Positions 32,745-34,680 of a stretch of DNA of 34,680 bases are shown here, piece by piece (position 1 is the first letter of the stretch; every line of letters starts with the position of its first letter). This DNA comes from Anaerolineales bacterium (GTDB lineage: Bacteria > Chloroflexota > Anaerolineae > Anaerolineales > JABWBV01). Where the stretch lies: the NCBI GenBank assembly GCA_027019845.1, contig JALUWE010000391.1:1-34680 (forward strand), given 5' to 3'. Under the pieces are notes generated by a model, which ran no database searches, was not told the origin of the DNA, and was given only the letters and a program-made list of their open reading frames with translations. The position numbers and the translations under genes are program-made.

Positions 32745-33649
32745 AAGTTAACGTGCCGCCTATCAAATCCCAGGGCATCAAAACGAAATTAGTGCCCTGG
32801 ATCAAAGACATCGTTCCCCCTGATTTCGATGGCATCTGGATCGAGCCGTTTATGGGTACCGGCGTGGTTGCGTTCAACCTCGCTCCTCGCCGGGCCGTTC
32901 TCTGCGACATTAACCCGCACCTGATCGATTTCTATTCCAGCATTGCGGCGGGAACAATAACGCCCGGCATCGTGAAAAGTTATTTGATGGAGGAAGGCGC
33001 GAAACTCCAAAAAATCGGCGAATCTCACTACTACGCCGTCCGCGAAAGGTTCAACCAGGAACACAACCCCCTGGATTTTTTGTTCTTAAGCCGCGCGGGC
33101 TTCAACGGCATGATCCGATTCAATCGAAAAGGAAAATTCAACGTCCCTTTTTGCCGAAAACCCTTTCGATTTTCACCAGCATACATCACGAAAATCGTAA
33201 ACCAGGTGGATTACGTCGCCAGGTTATTGTCGGTTCGTGACTTCACTTTCCTTTGCCAGAGTTTTGAGGAAACTATTCCAATGGGCACCGAGTCCGACAT
33301 CATTTATTGCGATCCACCCTACATTGGCCGCCACACCGATTATTACAACGGCTGGGACGATGCGCGTGAAAGAAGGTTGTTTCGATTGCTCTCCGACTCT
33401 CCCGCGCGGTTCATTCTCTCTACCTGGCACCACAACGACTACCGGAACAACCCCTACATCGACTCTTTATGGAGAAGATATTTCATTTACACCAGAGAGC
33501 ACTTTTATCACGTAGGTGCGCGAGAAGCAAATCGCCATCCCATGATCGAAGCAATCGTCACGAATTTTGATGCCGGTGTCCAAGAAAATGACAAAAGGCC
33601 TCAGCCCACCCAATTAATTCTGTTGGAAGAATCATCCCGTTACTTATAA
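32741..33649 (+). CDS. Dam-family (alpha-class, D12) N6-adenine DNA methyltransferase, M.EcoRV-like
   Basis: The GTG start overlaps the REase stop (GTGA). [17 protein letters not shown]-terminus, SAM motif EPFMGTGVV (FxGxG) and catalytic CDPPYIGR (DPPY), in the Dam/M.EcoRV motif order. Confidence 0.9.
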   Translation: MKVNVPPIKSQGIKTKLVPWIKDIVPPDFDGIWIEPFMGTGVVAFNLAPRRAVLCDINPHLIDFYSSIAAGTITPGIVKSYLMEEGAKLQKIGESHYYAVRERFNQEHNPLDFLFLSRAGFNGMIRFNRKGKFNVPFCRKPFRFSPAYITKIVNQVDYVARLLSVRDFTFLCQSFEETIPMGTESDIIYCDPPYIGRHTDYYNGWDDARERRLFRLLSDSPARFILSTWHHNDYRNNPYIDSLWRRYFIYTREHFYHVGAREANRHPMIEAIVTNFDAGVQENDKRPQPTQLILLEESSRYL

Positions 33650-33667
33650 ATCGAGTAGGAGAAACGT

Positions 33668-34680
33668 ATGGCACAACCCACCTGGATCGGCTACGAACTC
33701 AGCGGTCGCTATAAAATCGAAGAAGCTTTGGGGCAGGGCGGCATGTCCGCCGTGTACAAAGCCAGCGACCCCAATCTGAAACGCATCGTGGCCGTCAAGC
33801 TCATCCATCCCCATCTGTCCAAGGACCCGGAATTCGTGCGCCGCTTCGAAGCCGAGGCCGCCGCGGTGGCCCAGCTCCGCCACCCCAACATCATCCAGGT
33901 GTTCGACTTCAATCACGATGGCGACACCTACTACATGGTGCTCGAATTCGTGCCCGGCGAAACCCTGCAGGCTATGCTCAAACGCCTGAACCAGCAAAAA
34001 CGCGCCTTACCGCTGGAAAAGGTGGTCAAATACGCTGCCCAGGTGTGCGACGCGGTCGAATACGCGCACAAACGCAACCTGATCCACCGCGACATCAAAC
34101 CCGCCAATGTGATGATCAACATCCACGATCAGGCCATTCTGATGGATTTCGGGATCGTCAAAATCGTGGGCGGCACGCACCACACCGCCACCGGCGCGGT
34201 GGTCGGCACGGCCCTGTACATGTCCCCCGAACAAATCCGCGGGGAACACCCCGACCACCGGGCGGACATCTACTCGATAGGTGTGATGCTGTTCGAGATG
34301 GCCGGGGGGCGCCCGCCCTACTCCGCGGATTCGGCCATGACCATCATGATGATGCACCTGAACGATCCGGTGCCGGACATCTCGAAGCTCAACCCGAACG
34401 TACCGCCGGGGTTGAAAGCCATCATCCAAAAGGCGCTGGCGAAAAACCCCTCCGACCGCTACCAGACCGCGGCAGAAATGGCCGCGGACCTGCGTAACCT
34501 GCTCAAACCCCAGCCCGCTGCTACCGTGGTCGAAGACGCGCCCGCCGGCGCCACGGTGGTCGAAGAGCCGGCAGCCGCGGCCACAGCCCTGGAGGCCGCG
34601 CCGCCTCCCCCCCGCGGGGGCACGGGAACGGTTTCCCCGCCAGGCGCCGGCGGCCCTGGGGGGACGGGGGTCAGAGGGAT
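33668..34680 (+). CDS. Hanks-type Ser/Thr protein kinase, 3'-truncated by the window end
   Basis: Absent from the ORF track because there is no stop in the window. AGGAG precedes the ATG at 33668. GQGGMSAVYKA, VAVKLI, HRDIKPANV, DFGIV, YMSPEQ, then an Ala/Pro/Gly-rich linker that runs off the end. Confidence 0.9.
   Translation, partial: MAQPTWIGYELSGRYKIEEALGQGGMSAVYKASDPNLKRIVAVKLIHPHLSKDPEFVRRFEAEAAAVAQLRHPNIIQVFDFNHDGDTYYMVLEFVPGETLQAMLKRLNQQKRALPLEKVVKYAAQVCDAVEYAHKRNLIHRDIKPANVMINIHDQAILMDFGIVKIVGGTHHTATGAVVGTALYMSPEQIRGEHPDHRADIYSIGVMLFEMAGGRPPYSADSAMTIMMMHLNDPVPDISKLNPNVPPGLKAIIQKALAKNPSDRYQTAAEMAADLRNLLKPQPAATVVEDAPAGATVVEEPAAAATALEAAPPPPRGGTGTVSPPGAGGPGGTGVRG

Noticed and set aside
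31891-33637. Possible direct repeats flanking the R-M cassette (GAAGAAT at both junctions)
   Set aside because: The match is only 7 nt in AT-rich sequence, and at the left junction it overlaps the SD/start of the REase gene. That is too weak to call a target-site duplication.

Overview
High-GC, compositionally mosaic bacterial chromosome segment. My guess is a filamentous Chloroflexota/Anaerolineae-like genome, based only on gene content and repeat style (low confidence). Almost all of it is coding. There are 25 protein genes, one of them a 50-aa Flp pilin gene absent from the ORF track and one running off the 3' end. Minus-strand block 25-15025: an OmpR-type response regulator, then an overlapping operon of an 80-aa ORF, STK-FHA, Zn-ribbon-FHA, DnaJ-vWA and PP2C. 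Further upstream lie an STK with a PQQ beta-propeller, a large sensor histidine kinase, three tandem PlsC-family acyltransferases, cmk and a polytopic membrane protein. Middle: cupin, a c-di-GMP-I (GEMM-I)-like riboswitch with terminator in front of the Flp pilin gene, YhhN, era. Plus-strand block 18811-34680: PFOR (nifJ), a DHOD-like protein, amidase, a lipoprotein, an orphan fabF and a triple-FHA ABCG-type transporter with a coupled lipoprotein. An EcoRV-family restriction-modification pair then sits between that lipoprotein and a fourth Hanks kinase. Non-coding structure: three copies of a MITE-like element, one with a clean 9-bp target-site duplication; a nested repeat pile-up at 15177-15600; and two short-period tandem repeat tracts flanking a lipoprotein gene. 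Most second-look-worthy: the riboswitch-flp unit, the Hanks-kinase/FHA/PP2C/vWA operon embedded between a two-component pair, and the FHA-ABC/kinase module interrupted by the R-M cassette. I cannot establish novelty for any of these without database searches.
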